NCBI GenBank assembly: GCA_963788655.1 | Contig: CAWBHS010000088.1 | Span: forward strand, 64,001-128,000 | Direction: 5' to 3' | DNA length: 64,000 nt | Source of the DNA: an uncultured Verrucomicrobiae bacterium | GTDB lineage: Bacteria; Verrucomicrobiota; Verrucomicrobiia; Limisphaerales; JAFGQR01 | Shown here: one piece after another, positions 62,535 through 64,000 of the stretch | Layout of the letters: the number at the start of each line of letters is the position of its first letter | Numbering within the stretch: position 1 is the stretch's first letter | Position numbers and translations under genes: made by a program | The notes under the pieces: model-generated | Database searches by the model: none | What the model was told of the DNA's origin: nothing | Seen by the model: only the letters and a program-made list of their open reading frames with translations

Positions 62535-62741
62535 TCACTCGACGGCAAAGCCGACCTTCAGGACCACCTGCCATTGTTTGACTTTGTTTCCGGCAATCTG
62601 GCCACGCGTATCGACAACATGAAACCACGTCAGGTTTTCGATCGTCTTGCCGGCCCGTTGCAGGGCGGTGTTTACCGCGTCCTCGATGCTTTCCGTCGAG
62701 GTGCCGGAGAGTTCGATGAGTTTATAAACTTTGTCTTCCAT
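62535..62741 (-). CDS. dodecin (flavin-binding protein)
   Basis: 'VYKLIELSGTS...WFHV...WQVVLKVGF'. Confidence 0.93.
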   Translation of the reverse strand: MEDKVYKLIELSGTSTESIEDAVNTALQRAGKTIENLTWFHVVDTRGQIAGNKVKQWQVVLKVGFAVE

Positions 62742-62780
62742 AGCTCAGGACATAAGTAATGGTTTCGACGGCAAATCGCT

Positions 62781-62933
62781 TCAGCCATTTCGTTTGAAAA
62801 ACTGCACTTCGCGCTCGTGCTGCTCGGCTGCCTGGCGCGTGTCGAAAGTCCCCAGATTCCGGTGCTTGCCGGTTCGAGGATCCGTTTTCCGCGAATACAG
62901 CCGGTATTTGCCAGACTTCAATTTGCGAATCAT
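62781..62933 (-). CDS. small conserved basic hypothetical protein
   Basis: 'MIRKLKSGKYRLYSRK...NLGTF...HEREVQFFK'; gene-like small ORF within the stress cluster. Confidence 0.7.
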   Translation of the reverse strand: MIRKLKSGKYRLYSRKTDPRTGKHRNLGTFDTRQAAEQHEREVQFFKRNG

Positions 62934-63039
62934 AACGAATGGGGCAGCGTTTATGGCGACGAGCGCCACCTTGACCTGCTGGCGGAGTCCGATCATGACC
63001 CCGCTCACTTTTACAGTTTACGTCTGGACGGGAAGTTGC

Positions 63040-63486
63040 CTATTGGCCAAAGCCTGAATGTCGCCCGCGAATTGCCTGATAGGATGTCCTCATTGCCCGC
63101 TGGTTCCGCGAGGCGGAGCAACCGACTTCGTCCCCGAGTGCGCCATCAGAAACCGGACCCGCTCCCTGAAGGGCAGGGCCCCAGAGTTCTGGATTGCGCC
63201 AATCCCCGTCCACGGTGCGCTGAGCGATTCGGACGGGCTCGGGAGGAGTCGGGGGGCGCACGGGTTGCGGAGGCCGAGGAGGTCGCACGGGCTCCGGCGT
63301 ATCGGGCGGTTTCCTGATCGGTTTTCGGGGATTGGGCGGCTTGATGGGCTGAGGTTTCTCGGGTGGCTTTTCCGGTTGTGGAGGTGTTTGTGCAAGCCAG
63401 TTGACGGCAGGCAGTTCGAAGCGAAAACAAAGGCCACTGCGTTTGGATAAGAAAATCGACATTTGCGTTGATGAACAGACATGCAT
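63040..63486 (-). CDS. proline-rich hypothetical protein
   Basis: repeated PEPVRPP/PQPVRPP motifs on the coding strand of the cluster; start uncertain. Confidence 0.35.
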   Translation of the reverse strand: MHVCSSTQMSIFLSKRSGLCFRFELPAVNWLAQTPPQPEKPPEKPQPIKPPNPRKPIRKPPDTPEPVRPPRPPQPVRPPTPPEPVRIAQRTVDGDWRNPELWGPALQGAGPVSDGALGDEVGCSASRNQRAMRTSYQAIRGRHSGFGQ

Positions 63487-63565
63487 GGAAAAACCATAAC
63501 CGTAATTCAGGCCTTTGCACTCCGGAAAAGGTGGAGTTGTGAGGGACTAATTCCTGACATTCAAC

Positions 63566-63859
63566 TCAAGGAATCCGCAAGCCACCTCGGGTGAGGTAGT
63601 CTCCCAGGGTCAGCGTAATCATAATGAACAACCAGAAGAAGCCGGCGGCAACGAAGACCCATGTCAATCTTGAGCTATACCGCACGTGCATGAAGAACAG
63701 GATCACCAATAGCATTTTGGCAACCGCAATCGTCATGGCGGCGACGATATTCCATGGCCCAAAGTCAAACTCGGCCACCGCCCAAGTCAGGAACAATAGA
63801 ACGAGTAGGCAGATCCAGATGATAAAATACGTTGGCTTGGAGGGCTGGTCAGCGTTCAT
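63566..63859 (-). CDS. cytochrome c oxidase subunit IV (caa3-type)
   Basis: '[18 protein letters not shown]', 'DYLTR'; ATGA-coupled to subunit III. Confidence 0.9.
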   Translation of the reverse strand: MNADQPSKPTYFIIWICLLVLLFLTWAVAEFDFGPWNIVAAMTIAVAKMLLVILFFMHVRYSSRLTWVFVAAGFFWLFIMITLTLGDYLTRGGLRIP

Positions 63860-64000
63860 GCGTGTCGGTCAATCAGGTATAACAACGGGTAGAGGAAGAT
63901 CCACACAAGATCTACAAAATGCCAGTAGAGTCCACAGATCTCCACCGGCGTGTAGTAGCGTTCGGAAAATCGTCCGCGTTGGGCCAGGACCGTGATCACG
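63856..64000 (-). CDS. cytochrome c oxidase subunit III, C-terminal part (runs off the window)
   Basis: manual translation gives '...[33 protein letters not shown]'. Confidence 0.92.
   Translation of the reverse strand, partial: VITVLAQRGRFSERYYTPVEICGLYWHFVDLVWIFLYPLLYLIDRHA

Overview
GC-rich bacterial chromosome segment. The gene content, the many Ig-rich secreted proteins with a shared 'SxDLxxW...YYR' tail, and the REP families suggest Verrucomicrobiota (Pedosphaera/Limisphaera-like); this is inference only. Several genes carry isolated indels, which is consistent with an unpolished or low-coverage assembly. From left to right: (1) the end of an MCE/Pqi lipid-transport operon (mlaD-like, pqiC-like). 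(2) A minus-strand, probably autoregulated operon: membrane protein, winged-helix regulator, ispH, several membrane proteins, DUF1361, and a linalool dehydratase/isomerase-like exported enzyme. The same palindromic operator (CTTTG-N5-CAAAG) sits in front of both transcription units. (3) A FecR-TPR-beta-barrel receptor, a CHASE2 adenylate cyclase and a stand-alone cNMP-binding protein, next to two convergent giant Ig/beta-helix surface proteins with paralogous C-termini. (4) polX, an ABM monooxygenase, NatAB-CPBP, a Tat-exported protein, TlpA and an aromatic amino acid decarboxylase. (5) An integrase-less integron cassette array (CALIN) at about 44.9-47.8 kb with atypical GTTCG/CGAAC attC cores and a possible attI remnant. 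(6) A general-stress gene cluster (ASRT, FAD/FeS oxidoreductase, enolase-superfamily enzyme, PfpI, TPP enzyme, DUF3309, DUF421, pqiA-pqiB-pqiA, Ca/H exchanger, BON, DUF3008, dodecin) ending in cytochrome c oxidase subunits III and IV. Intergenic regions are dense with several families of GTAG/GGAG REP-like palindromes and short tandem repeats. No rRNA, tRNA, CRISPR array or transposase was recognised.
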